NCBI GenBank assembly: GCA_002793015.1
Contig: PFPK01000046.1
Location: 1 to 39,261, forward strand
DNA: 39,261 bases
DNA from: Candidatus Magasanikbacteria bacterium CG_4_10_14_0_2_um_filter_37_12
Lineage (GTDB): Bacteria; Patescibacteriota; Patescibacteriia; Magasanikbacterales; UBA922
Direction: 5' to 3'
Shown: positions 17,303-26,939 of the stretch, in pieces
Layout of the letters: every line of letters begins with the position of its first letter
Numbering within the stretch: the first letter of the stretch is position 1
Program-made: the position numbers and the translations under genes
Notes under the pieces: generated by a model
Databases searched by the model: none
Told to the model about the DNA's origin: nothing
The model's input: only the letters and a program-made list of their open reading frames with translations

Positions 17303-17492
17303 ACTGCATCCCAACCAAGACGCCAGGGTGTCTTCGGGTGTCCCACAGCCACTCTTGCACAAAAGGAGTGATAACCTGCGGTGTTTTCTATGGTCGTAGT
17401 GTTGGCAAAAAGTTTTTTAGAAAGCCTCTATTTTTTCTTTTGTGCTCCTTTATGGGTGGCTAGCAGACTTTTTAGCCTATGTCGCCGTGGAT
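17303..17492 (+). ncRNA. Candidate structured RNA (unclassified)
   Basis: Several stems with G.U pairs that form on the + strand: 17317-17334, 17347-17354/17454-17461, 17357-17365/17437-17445. TATACT at 17291-17296. Confidence 0.45.
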
Positions 17493-17494
17493 TT

Positions 17495-18073
17495 TTATTG
17501 GCGTAAACTCAACTCGTAAACCACTCTCTCAATTTTCTGTACGGCACTTTTTGCTTGATCGAATTTGTTGCGCAGATAACTTGTTAAATTAAATTCAATA
17601 AGTTCACCCGTGATCTCAGCGGCCATTTTGCTGCACTTTTTTACCATATCTACATTACGTTCAGTCGCAGACTTGATAGCATAGCGATAGAGCTCTCCTG
17701 GCACGTCGCAAAGTCCAGCGATATATATTTCTCCTGGAATATTGATGCTCTTGATTTCATCAATTTTGTTAGTAGTGATAAATTGGTAAAACAATACTGC
17801 CTCCACATATTCTTCAAGAGCAGCTTTGTAAGCGCCTTCATCAAGAATTGCCTTACTATTTCTATGTTTTTTATTGAGTGCTTTTATAATTTTTTCACTT
17901 TCTTTAATTTTTTCTACCGCTTCTTTCATATTGTCACGATGCATAGCAAAGATGGCACGCTTGGCGTAATGGAGAGCGTCACCAGATTCTTTTATTACAT
18001 CACGACGAACCATTGCATAGTTTAAAATGTTATTTTTTATTTTATTGAGATAAGTTTTTTTTATTGCAGACAT
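17495..18073 (-). CDS. Translin/TRAX-family protein
   Basis: All-helical, 192 aa. RRDVIKES..AKRAIFAMH, ALEEYVEA, YIAGLCDVPGELYRYAI, LRNKFD match translin-family motifs. Confidence 0.87.
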   Translation of the reverse strand: MSAIKKTYLNKIKNNILNYAMVRRDVIKESGDALHYAKRAIFAMHRDNMKEAVEKIKESEKIIKALNKKHRNSKAILDEGAYKAALEEYVEAVLFYQFITTNKIDEIKSINIPGEIYIAGLCDVPGELYRYAIKSATERNVDMVKKCSKMAAEITGELIEFNLTSYLRNKFDQAKSAVQKIERVVYELSLRQ

Positions 18074-18116
18074 AATTTCAAATTAAATGAATAATAAATT
18101 TGTTGTGTGCCATTTG

Positions 18117-20774
18117 TCATGTGGTACTTGATTTTCTAACAAGAAAAATGCCTTTAACTATTTCAATCAACATAACATTTAATAACCCAAATAATAACAT
18201 GATGCCCCAGTGTTGCCAACCCAACGCTATTGTACGTAATAAATATTGCAAATGAGGTAAGTATACAGCTCCCAAAAGCATGGCCCAACCAAAGGCTATA
18301 GACGCTGTTAAATATTTGTTATTGAAAGGATTCATATTCCAAATGTGACGACGCATACTGCGTACCGAATAAATATATAGGAGAGAATCAATACCAAGCC
18401 CCACAAACATAATAGTACGTGTCAGATCAATGTCACCTGTAATGCGCCAAAAATATAAGAAAAGGCCAAAGAGTACTATATTTGACACAATACTAATAAT
18501 CGCAATCATCGTCTTCATCTCCTTATCTAAGATTGAGTCATCTCTTTTCCTAGGAGGTTCTTTCATGTTTTCTTTGTCCCCCTTGTCAAAGGCAAGAGCC
18601 ATATTTGGGAAAGAATCTTCTATCAAATTAACCCACAAAATTTGTGCTGGCAAAATAGCTAATGGCAATCCTCCAATAAGACTTCCCGCTATCAAAATAA
18701 CCTCTGCAAAACTCCCTGACAAAAGATACAAAACAATTTTTTTGATATTTTGATAAATTCCTCTTCCTTCTTCCACAGCGTCTACAATTGTTCCAAGCCT
18801 GTCGTCTTCTAGTACAATATCAGCAGTCTCTTTGGCAACATCAGTGCCAGAGCCAAGTGCAATTCCTATATCGGCACCCTTGATAGCGGGTGCGTCATTC
18901 ACGCCATCACCTGTCATTGCCACCACTTCATCATTACGTTGAAAAGCTTGGACAATCCTTATTTTGTCTTCTGGATTGACACGAGCAAAAACTGAAATAT
19001 GTTTTACAGCTTGTTCAAGTTCATCGTTATTTATTTTTCCAAGCATTTCACCATCAAAAATATTTTCATCTTCTGCTGGCAGATTTATTTCACGAGCGAT
19101 AGACTGTGCCGTCTTGACATGGTCTCCAGTAATCATCACAATTCTTATTCCTGCTTTCTTGGCAATGTCAATGGTACTCTTCACGTCACTGCGCAAAGGA
19201 TCAGATAAGGCAAAAAGGCCAACTAAGACTACATCGTTTACATCTTTTTGATTTAATTCAGAATTTGAATTTTGTTTTTTTGAAAATCCAACGGCAATAG
19301 CCCTTAATCCTTTTTCAACAAATGTATTGAGATGCTCTTCAAAAAACTTTTTTTGTTTTTCATTTAATTTCCAAACTTTGCCATTTTTATAATAGTGGGT
19401 GGCTTTTTTAAATATTACTTCTGGAGCACCTTTAACATAAATAATTTCTTTGCCATCAATATGATGAAGAGTTGCCATGTATTTCTTGATACTATCAAAA
19501 GGTAGCTCGCCCTTTCTTGGAACTATTTTTTCAAATTCTTGTTTTTTGATTCCAATGTCAAGGCCAACACGAGCAAAAGCAATATCTGTAGTATCTCCTA
19601 CAAAAATTTCTTTATCTGTCATCTCTTGAGTGATAGCATTATTGCAGAGAATTCCGATTTTGAATGCCAAAAGAGCATCTGGGTGGTGATCTTCTTTCTC
19701 AATATGAATGACTTTTAACTCGTCGTGATCAAGATTATTTTCAGCAGTAATCAGACTAGTGATAGACATGTTGCCTTCTGTCAAAGTCCCCGTCTTGTCG
19801 GTACAGATCACACTTACCGAACCAAGTGTCTCTGCCGCAACCAGCTTCCTGACCAAAGCCTTTTTCTTCAAAATAAACTGCATTCCTACTGCCAAAATAA
19901 TCGTCAGAGAAATGACCAAGCCTTCTGGAATGGCGGCAACTGCCACAGCTACGGAAGTTCCAAACATTTCCAAAAATGTGTGTTTTTCAGAAGTGCCAAA
20001 TACTCCTAGAAAAAAAATAGCGACAGAAATAAAAAGAACTACAATAGCAATCATTTTACTTAACTTTGTCAATTGTTGTTGTAAGGGTGTCTTGTCGTCA
20101 CTAGTTTGCTTTACCAACCTGGCAATATTGCCCAACTCTGTTTTCTCTCCAACGGCTGTGACTACCACCCGAGCCCGACCGTTGGTAATAGTCGTTCCCC
20201 GAAAAACCATGTTAGTTCTGTCCCCTATTCCTGCTTCTTGTTTTATTTTTTCTTTTTGTTTTTCGACTGGTTCTGATTCCCCTGTTAGAATAGATTCATT
20301 TACTGTAAAGTCAATATTTTCTATTATCCGACCATCGGCTTGGACTTTATCTCCAGCATCGAGCAAAAGTATATCACCAACTACAATGTCTTCACTCGGG
20401 ATAAGATGTTTCTCTCCATTGCGAAGAACCATTGCTTTGTAGGTAATGAGAAAATATAATTTTTTTAGAGCATTGTCAGCTTTATTTTCTTGGACAAAAC
20501 CGACTAGGACATTCACCCCTACTGTAATACCGATGACAGTCATGTCAATAAATTCACCTAAAATTCCACTAGCAATGCCAGCTACAACCAAAATCAAAAT
20601 CAGTGGACTTGTCCACTGTTCAAAAAATATTTTGAATTTAGTCATTCCATTATCAGATTTCGGTAAAATATTTGGCCCATTTTCAGACAACATCTTCTTG
20701 GCAATGTCTTTAGATAATCCTTTTTCCGAAGAGTGCAACTTTTTTAGGACTTCTTTTGTAGAGAGTGAATGCAT
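18117..20774 (-). CDS. Cation-transporting P-type ATPase (type II, Ca2+-like)
   Basis: LTGES, AIPEGL, CTDKTGT, KGAPE, TGDGVNDAPA, QILWVNL. Confidence 0.93.
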   Translation of the reverse strand: MHSLSTKEVLKKLHSSEKGLSKDIAKKMLSENGPNILPKSDNGMTKFKIFFEQWTSPLILILVVAGIASGILGEFIDMTVIGITVGVNVLVGFVQENKADNALKKLYFLITYKAMVLRNGEKHLIPSEDIVVGDILLLDAGDKVQADGRIIENIDFTVNESILTGESEPVEKQKEKIKQEAGIGDRTNMVFRGTTITNGRARVVVTAVGEKTELGNIARLVKQTSDDKTPLQQQLTKLSKMIAIVVLFISVAIFFLGVFGTSEKHTFLEMFGTSVAVAVAAIPEGLVISLTIILAVGMQFILKKKALVRKLVAAETLGSVSVICTDKTGTLTEGNMSITSLITAENNLDHDELKVIHIEKEDHHPDALLAFKIGILCNNAITQEMTDKEIFVGDTTDIAFARVGLDIGIKKQEFEKIVPRKGELPFDSIKKYMATLHHIDGKEIIYVKGAPEVIFKKATHYYKNGKVWKLNEKQKKFFEEHLNTFVEKGLRAIAVGFSKKQNSNSELNQKDVNDVVLVGLFALSDPLRSDVKSTIDIAKKAGIRIVMITGDHVKTAQSIAREINLPAEDENIFDGEMLGKINNDELEQAVKHISVFARVNPEDKIRIVQAFQRNDEVVAMTGDGVNDAPAIKGADIGIALGSGTDVAKETADIVLEDDRLGTIVDAVEEGRGIYQNIKKIVLYLLSGSFAEVILIAGSLIGGLPLAILPAQILWVNLIEDSFPNMALAFDKGDKENMKEPPRKRDDSILDKEMKTMIAIISIVSNIVLFGLFLYFWRITGDIDLTRTIMFVGLGIDSLLYIYSVRSMRRHIWNMNPFNNKYLTASIAFGWAMLLGAVYLPHLQYLLRTIALGWQHWGIMLLFGLLNVMLIEIVKGIFLVRKSSTT

Positions 20775-20834
20775 AATTTTGCTAAGTTTATACGGTTATC
20801 TTAGCATATTTTTGAGTTTTGAACAAGAAAAAAA

Positions 20835-21698
20835 TTACTTCTGACAGACCCTGCAATACACGGTTCCTCTACCAGCTATTTTATTTTTTTTCAAAACATT
20901 GCTCTTACATCTTTTGCATTTCTTTCCACTCCGTCCATAAACTTTAAGAAAATTGAAAAAATTGCCTTTATTGCCATTGGCATCACGATAATCATTGAAA
21001 GTAGTCCCCCGCTCTTTCACTGCTTGTCTTAGTACTCTTATGATTGCTTTATATATTTTTTTTATTTCTGACTTTGCTAATGAATTGACTGGGCGATTTG
21101 GTAATACTTCTGCATCAAATAATGTTTCATCAACATAAATATTACCTAGTCCAACAACAAATTTTTGATTTAATAAAAATGATTTGATATTAACTTTCTT
21201 TTTTTCTAATAATTTTTCAAATTTCTCCAATGTAAATTCTTGCTCTAAAGGCTCTACTCCAAGCTTAACGTCAATTTCTTGCATTCTGTTTTCATCCGCA
21301 ATTTCGAGATAACCAAACTGACGCATATCGTTAAAAAAAAGTTGAGAACCATCGACGAAATAGAAAATAATATGACTAAATTTGTTTGGCAAAGTTTTCA
21401 AGTCTTCTTTCGTACCATGTCCTCCAGCCAAAAAATTATTTTCTCGCTTATAGATCATCTGTCCGGTCATTCGAAGATGAACAACCATACTATTTGTAGA
21501 ATTATTAATCTCAAAAATCAAATACTTGGCACGCCTTCTGATTTTGGAAAAATGATTGTTTTCAAGAAGAGTTAAAAAATTACCTTCTGGTTGTTTGACC
21601 ATTTTTGGCAGTCTCAATTCTATGTGATCAATACTAAGACCCACAATATGGGTTTTCAAATCTCGGACTATTGTCTCTATTTCTGGGAGTTCTGGCAT
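20835..21698 (-). CDS. mutM: Formamidopyrimidine-DNA glycosylase
   Basis: MPELPE, HLRMTG, GLGNIY, C-terminal zinc finger CKRC...YCRVCQ. Confidence 0.96.
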   Translation of the reverse strand: MPELPEIETIVRDLKTHIVGLSIDHIELRLPKMVKQPEGNFLTLLENNHFSKIRRRAKYLIFEINNSTNSMVVHLRMTGQMIYKRENNFLAGGHGTKEDLKTLPNKFSHIIFYFVDGSQLFFNDMRQFGYLEIADENRMQEIDVKLGVEPLEQEFTLEKFEKLLEKKKVNIKSFLLNQKFVVGLGNIYVDETLFDAEVLPNRPVNSLAKSEIKKIYKAIIRVLRQAVKERGTTFNDYRDANGNKGNFFNFLKVYGRSGKKCKRCKSNVLKKNKIAGRGTVYCRVCQK

Positions 21699-21749
21699 AG
21701 ACTTGATTATGACTTTATAAGTTTATCCATGAACATAATATAACAAGTA

Positions 21750-21778
21750 TTGACTAAAAAATAAAATTTATGTATAAT
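21750..21778 (+). promoter_or_regulatory. Promoter of tRNA-Lys
   Basis: TTGACT-17 nt-TATAAT. Confidence 0.75.
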
Positions 21779-21798
21779 TTTGTCTGTACTATATTAAC

Positions 21799-21874
21799 GG
21801 TCCGGTAGCTCAGTTGGTAGAGCAGCAGCCTTTTAAGCTGATGGTCGTGGGTTCAAATCCCACCCGGATCACCA
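21799..21874 (+). tRNA. trnK: tRNA-Lys(TTT)
   Basis: Acceptor GGTCCGG/CCGGATC, loop CT-TTT-AA, GGTTCAAATCC, encoded ACCA. Confidence 0.95.
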
Positions 21875-21876
21875 AT

Positions 21877-21905
21877 AAAAAACTACCTTATTTAGGTAGT
21901 TTTTT
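21877..21905. terminator. Bidirectional terminator between tRNA-Lys and typA
   Basis: AAAAAACTACCT-TATTT-AGGTAGTTTTTT between convergent genes. Confidence 0.8.
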
Positions 21906-21927
21906 GATCTTAATCTAATTTTTATTC

Positions 21928-23712
21928 TTAACTCTTATTTCTCTTCCTATCCAACTCAGTCAAATGTTGCTTTCTGATTCGAATATGATGAGGAGTAATT
22001 TCCAAATATTCATCTTCGGCCATCATTTCCAGACCACTTTCTAGCGTAACCAGAAGCGGTGGAGTCAAGTTGAGTGCGTCATCTGCACCACTAGCCCGCA
22101 TATTTGTCAATTGTTTACCTTTGATCGGGTTGACAGCCATGTCTTCTCCTTTGGATGTATTACCAATCACCATACCTTCGTAAACTTCCACATTTGGTCC
22201 AATATAAATAGTACCACGATTTTGTAGATTGGCCAGAGAAAATCCGAGAGCTTTACCAGTGACCATAGAGATCATAGAACCAACACTGCGTTTTTCGATA
22301 TTACCCACATGTGTGCGGAAACCAATTACCTGACTACAAAGAATTCCTTCACCCTTTGTATCCACAATAAACTTACCACGGTATCCGAGTAGGCCACGAG
22401 ATGGAATTTCAAAAATAATTCTAGTTTGGCCATCTTTACTAGACATGTTGGCCATAATTCCTTTGCGTTTGCCCAGACCTTCAGTTACAACCCCCACAAA
22501 GGCATCTGGAATATCCACAGTAACTTCTTCAAAAGGTTCATTTTTTTGACCATCAATTTCTTTCAAAATAACTTGTGGTTGAGAAACTTGCATTTCAAAT
22601 CCTTCACGACGCATATTCTCTAGGAGAACAGCAATATGCATCTCCCCACGACCATAAATCTTGAGGTGATCAATTTCAGAAAAATCAACTTTCAATCCCA
22701 CGTTCACTTCTAGTTCTTTTTCCAATCTTTCTTTAATTTGTCTACTCGTGACAAACTTACCATCTCGTCCAGCAAAAGGAGAATTATTAACCAGAAGATT
22801 CATGGAAATAGTTGGCTCATCAATAGTGATGGCTGGCAAAGGTTCTTGTGATTCATCTACACAAATTGTCTCACCAATATAGATGTCTGGAATACCCGCA
22901 ATCATGACGAGGTCTCCAGCCACTGCTTCTTCGACATCCACTCTCTCTACACCTCTAAAGCTTTGTATCTTGGTAATGCTTCCTTTTCGAGTTTCGCCAT
23001 CAGGCTTTTTGACAACTACTTTGCTAGCATTTTTTAAAGTTCCTTCATATACTCGTCCCACCGCAAGACGACCAAGATAGTTGTCATAGCCAAGGTTGAA
23101 TGGTTGCATGCGGAATGGTTTTGTAGTATCAGATGGAGCTGGTGGGACAACCTCTAAGATAACATCCAAGATAGGCATGAGGTCTTTGTCTTCATCAGTC
23201 AAATTTCTTTTGGCATAACCACCTTTGCCGTTGGCATAGAGAGTGACGAAATCAAGTTGGTCGTCATTTGCTCCTAAATCCATAAATAGCTCGAGGACTT
23301 GATCATGAGCACGACGAGGATCTGCTGCAGGCTTATCAATTTTATTTAAAATCAAAATTGGTTTCAATCCAAGCTCTAGTGATTTTTTCAAAACAAATTT
23401 TGTCTGGGGCATTGGACCTTCCTGAGCATCCACAATCAGTAGTACAGAGTCAATGGAGCGCAAAACACGCTCTACCTCTGAACCGAAGTCAGCATGACCA
23501 GGAGTATCAACGATATTGATTTTTGTATCTTTATAAAATACTGAAGTGTTCTTAGCGTAAATCGTAATACCACGCTCCAGCTCGATAACGTTGCTATCCA
23601 TACTTGAGTCATCCTCTGGACTGACCATACCAGTCTGGCGCATCAGTCCGTCGGTCAATGTTGTCTTGCCATGGTCAACGTGAGCAATAATAGCGATGTT
23701 TCGGATGTCCAT
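21928..23712 (-). CDS. typA: Translational GTPase TypA/BipA
   Basis: MDIRNIAIIAHVDHGKTT, ERGITI, DTPGHADF, GRGEMH, NMRASG. Start moved to ATG 23712. Confidence 0.96.
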   Translation of the reverse strand: MDIRNIAIIAHVDHGKTTLTDGLMRQTGMVSPEDDSSMDSNVIELERGITIYAKNTSVFYKDTKINIVDTPGHADFGSEVERVLRSIDSVLLIVDAQEGPMPQTKFVLKKSLELGLKPILILNKIDKPAADPRRAHDQVLELFMDLGANDDQLDFVTLYANGKGGYAKRNLTDEDKDLMPILDVILEVVPPAPSDTTKPFRMQPFNLGYDNYLGRLAVGRVYEGTLKNASKVVVKKPDGETRKGSITKIQSFRGVERVDVEEAVAGDLVMIAGIPDIYIGETICVDESQEPLPAITIDEPTISMNLLVNNSPFAGRDGKFVTSRQIKERLEKELEVNVGLKVDFSEIDHLKIYGRGEMHIAVLLENMRREGFEMQVSQPQVILKEIDGQKNEPFEEVTVDIPDAFVGVVTEGLGKRKGIMANMSSKDGQTRIIFEIPSRGLLGYRGKFIVDTKGEGILCSQVIGFRTHVGNIEKRSVGSMISMVTGKALGFSLANLQNRGTIYIGPNVEVYEGMVIGNTSKGEDMAVNPIKGKQLTNMRASGADDALNLTPPLLVTLESGLEMMAEDEYLEITPHHIRIRKQHLTELDRKRNKS

Positions 23713-23782
23713 AGATATAGTTGAAGATATATTTGTTATATAAATAAAATTCTCCTCTTGCTGGGGAATTCCAGTTGGCAGA

Positions 23783-23811
23783 AGTATAACGAAAAATAAG
23801 GAATTTGTCAA
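23783..23811 (-). promoter_or_regulatory. Promoter of typA
   Basis: TTGACA (23811-23806)-17 nt-TATACT (23788-23783). Confidence 0.75.
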
Positions 23812-23869
23812 GATGAATGGATGAGGTGCCAATGGGAAATAGCAATGGGTAAAAAAGAATGTTTTGCCA

Positions 23870-24859
23870 TTATTCTCCCTTTTTCACGAAAAATAAGGTT
23901 TCTCCCTGTCCTTCGAGTAGATTGGCAATTTCTTGGAAAACAATTGCAAAACGAGTATCCGTCATTTCCTGATTCTCGTCGGTATTGTTATGCAGACACC
24001 ACAGCTCGTCAGCTATGGCTTTGAGACTTTTGTTTGATTCATGACCATGGGGATTCACACAGTATGATCTAAATACCTTAATAAGTTCTATGGCAATAGT
24101 GTCTGCATCCTTTTTTTTCATGGACGGATTTTTGACCAGCTTGTTTGCTTTGTCCATCAATCTTGGCAAGGCTTCTTTCACCACTTCTATGTTTTCCATG
24201 TAGGAAAATATCTCAAAGAAAGCCACTCCGATATAGTAATTTGCCACTTCCAGGGATTTGCCACTGTGCAGACTTTCTGAGAGAGCATGGAGTACCGACA
24301 GTGCGCGTCGGTAAAATTTTTCTGCCACTTCGTTTTGCCCGGTGAGCATGGCGTCATTGATATCATACTTTATCGAGCCAATAAAAATTTTGTAGACAAT
24401 ATTTCCGATAATGACTGCACCAAAGAAAAATGATATGAGTTTCCACCAGATACGGGCCTTGTGAATGTCCGCTACTAATGGTTGCCAAAACGGAGCACCT
24501 AGAGAGAATACACTCAAGGTAAAGAGCAGACCAAGTGAAATCGCAAATGCTTCAAACAAATTTGAGGTTAATTCAAGACCAAACGCTTCAAATTTTTGTT
24601 TCATGTTTGCCAGTGAGATGGCAAACCATGCAGTACCCGCAACCATGGTGATCGGAATGAGCACGGAAACAATAATTGTCGTATCCAGAAAAAGGATGGG
24701 AAGGATCGCCAGCAGAGCATACCAGATGGTTTTTTTGAGCCCCGAAGCGTATTTCTTTTTGACAGAGTTCTCTGCTACGGTTCGCTCAAGAGATGAGAGT
24801 TCTATCTCAAACAGATTTTTGAGCACTCGGTTGGTGATGATTCTATAAAATACAGACAT
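23870..24859 (-). CDS. Hypothetical membrane protein (4 TM plus helical, TPR-like C-terminal domain)
   Basis: Long ORF. Start moved to ATG 24859, downstream of TTGACG-17 nt-TACAAT (24933-24905). Confidence 0.7.
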   Translation of the reverse strand: MSVFYRIITNRVLKNLFEIELSSLERTVAENSVKKKYASGLKKTIWYALLAILPILFLDTTIIVSVLIPITMVAGTAWFAISLANMKQKFEAFGLELTSNLFEAFAISLGLLFTLSVFSLGAPFWQPLVADIHKARIWWKLISFFFGAVIIGNIVYKIFIGSIKYDINDAMLTGQNEVAEKFYRRALSVLHALSESLHSGKSLEVANYYIGVAFFEIFSYMENIEVVKEALPRLMDKANKLVKNPSMKKKDADTIAIELIKVFRSYCVNPHGHESNKSLKAIADELWCLHNNTDENQEMTDTRFAIVFQEIANLLEGQGETLFFVKKGE

Positions 24860-25036
24860 ACAGTGGTGAATGAAAGATAAAAAAATAAACACACAATAAG
24901 AAATATTGTACCCATATTTTGTATGTTCGTCAACAAGCAATGGTAGCAATACTAAACATAAGAGCGAGGAATTGACCACGATAGGATAGATTATAAACAT
25001 TTTTGTTTCCATTATACCTATTAACACACTTGTTAA

Positions 25037-25292
25037 ATTCATGACGTGGTAAAAGATTCACAATCTGAGAAAAGATATATTTGTCTTGATTTATAGATAA
25101 TTATCATTAAAAATTAGATAAACTATAAATAATTATCTCATAACAATTCAAGTCGTGTACACCCCAAAAATACCTTTTTAGTTGTAAAATTAGGTAAAAT
25201 TTGATAGGATAATTTTAAAATCCTCTGATCAAGAAAAGGCACTTAGATATCTAAACAGAGTAGAACAACTAAAAGAAAAAGTATGGTCGTAG
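25037..25292 (+). pseudogene. Possible decayed HD-domain gene remnant
   Basis: Fragments IHDVVKDS (25037-25060), LVVKLG, and FDRIILKSSDQEKALRYLNRVEQLKEKVWS* ending 6 nt before tsaE; interrupted by stops and frameshifts. Confidence 0.35.
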
Positions 25293-25298
25293 ACATAT

Positions 25299-25730
25299 AT
25301 GAAAAAAATTTACACAAAAAAACCTTCTGAAACACAAGACCTAGCAAAACAGCTTGCTCAAAAAAGTAATGGTGGTGATATTATTTTACTCGAAGGTGAT
25401 CTTGGCACTGGCAAGACAACCTTTACAAAAGGATTTGCTATGGGCCTCGGCATTATTGAGGATGAAATCGTTAGTCCTACCTTTACTTTAATGCAAATTT
25501 ATAAAATAAAAAATTCAAAAATAAAAAATCTAGTCCATATTGATACATATCGGCTAGAAAATGAAGATCAACTTATTGAGATCGGAGTTGAAGATTATCT
25601 AGGTGACGAGAATAGTGTTTGTATCATAGAGTGGCCTGAAAAAATATCAAATCTTTTGAAAAATAAAAAAACAATCAATCTCTTGATAAAGCATGTTGAT
25701 AAAAATACGAGAGAAATAGAAGTAACTTAA
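25299..25730 (+). CDS. tsaE: tRNA t6A biosynthesis ATPase TsaE
   Basis: LEGDLGTGKTTF, SPTFTL, HIDTYRL, IIEWP. Confidence 0.96.
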   Translation: MKKIYTKKPSETQDLAKQLAQKSNGGDIILLEGDLGTGKTTFTKGFAMGLGIIEDEIVSPTFTLMQIYKIKNSKIKNLVHIDTYRLENEDQLIEIGVEDYLGDENSVCIIEWPEKISNLLKNKKTINLLIKHVDKNTREIEVT

Positions 25731-25735
25731 TAAAG

Positions 25736-26833
25736 TTATTCTTTTGGAAACCACATTTTGTATAATTTGAGAGCAATCCACTCCTTTGTTTTTTGCCAGT
25801 TGCCACGCTTCTTCCATCCTTCTGCATCAAATGGCGTTGATTTTTCTATCCAATTAAGCACAGTCTGCTTAATTTTTTTTACAGCGTTACCTTCGCTTAG
25901 CTTTACATTAGCTTCATAATTATCATAAAAGCTAACTTTATCAATATTGCTACTGCCAATCATGGCCCAATCTTCGTCTACTACGACTCCCTTGCCGTGC
26001 ATCATACCGTCAGAAAAATGAATATTTACCCCAATTTTTTTCATTAACGAAAAAAAAGTATAAGCAGCATACTGTGCTACTTGAACGTCAGAACGGAATG
26101 GGATTAGCAAATCAATTTTAATCCCTCTTTTTCGAGCAGCCCAAAGTGACTTGATAAATTTCTTATCTGGAAAGTAGTAAGGTGAAAAAAGAATAACTCT
26201 TTCTCTAGCCCTAAGGAGAGCTTCACTATATAGCTTACGAGTTTTTGATTTTTTTGATCCTGCTTCGTCATAGACAAATTCTAGATCCTCAATATCATTT
26301 TGAACACGAAATTTGTACTTGAGAAGATGTTTAACATGATCTTTTTCTCCACCTGACATAATATATGATTTTGTAAAGGATCGTAGTAGAGAGTGGACTG
26401 CCTTACCAACAATCTTTACCTGAATATCCATCCAGTTTTTCATACTTTTTTCTATATTAACACCACCAATAAACCCAACGTCCTCATCTACCACAAGGAC
26501 TTTACGGTGTAGCCTGGTAGCAAACCTCTTCCATAAATTGCGGAATCTTTTTTGTGAAGTATTAAAAAAGAGAAGATCAACTCCAGAATTTTTTAATGAA
26601 GCAAGCCTCTTCCTAGAGATATTGAAACTACCGAATGAATCAACCACAATTTTTATGTCTACTCCTTCTTTCACTTTATTTTCTAGCAAATCAAAAAATC
26701 TAGCACCGACTTCATCATCAGTAAAAATATATAATTGCCAATAAATTGATTTACGTGCCAAAAAAAGGGCTTGGTACATAGCATCCCAAGCTTCTTTTGA
26801 TGTAGAATATATTTTGTATTTTGATTGATCCAT
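25736..26833 (-). CDS. Phospholipase D-family / cardiolipin synthase (ClsB-like, no TM)
   Basis: Two HxKxxxxD motifs: HRKVLVVD...GGVN and HGKGVVVD...GSSN; SPYYFP. Confidence 0.9.
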   Translation of the reverse strand: MDQSKYKIYSTSKEAWDAMYQALFLARKSIYWQLYIFTDDEVGARFFDLLENKVKEGVDIKIVVDSFGSFNISRKRLASLKNSGVDLLFFNTSQKRFRNLWKRFATRLHRKVLVVDEDVGFIGGVNIEKSMKNWMDIQVKIVGKAVHSLLRSFTKSYIMSGGEKDHVKHLLKYKFRVQNDIEDLEFVYDEAGSKKSKTRKLYSEALLRARERVILFSPYYFPDKKFIKSLWAARKRGIKIDLLIPFRSDVQVAQYAAYTFFSLMKKIGVNIHFSDGMMHGKGVVVDEDWAMIGSSNIDKVSFYDNYEANVKLSEGNAVKKIKQTVLNWIEKSTPFDAEGWKKRGNWQKTKEWIALKLYKMWFPKE

Positions 26834-26888
26834 TTTATAAAATTAAACTATAACAATATGGTATACCAAAAAAGATATTTATACAAAC

Positions 26889-26918
26889 AGACACCGCCTC
26901 TTTAAGGGCGATGTCTAG
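26889..26918 (-). terminator. Hairpin after pyrH
   Basis: Minus strand AGACATCGCCCT-TAA-AGAGGCGGTGTCT followed by GTTTGT. Confidence 0.5.
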
Positions 26919-26939
26919 TTTTAGAAAACAAATTTTATA

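Noticed and set aside
17269..17352. N-terminal extension of MurE in the ORF track
   Set aside because: It runs through a -10 box and a structured intergenic element; ATG 17268 is the better start.
17303..17492. tmRNA, RNase P RNA or SRP RNA identity for the structured element
   Set aside because: No tRNA-like ends or T-loop, no GAGGAAAGUC P4 motif, and no SRP helix-8 GNRA-loop motif recognised.
18430..20844. Long plus-strand ORFs (up to 227 aa) in the P-type ATPase region
   Set aside because: Antisense open frames of the ATPase gene.
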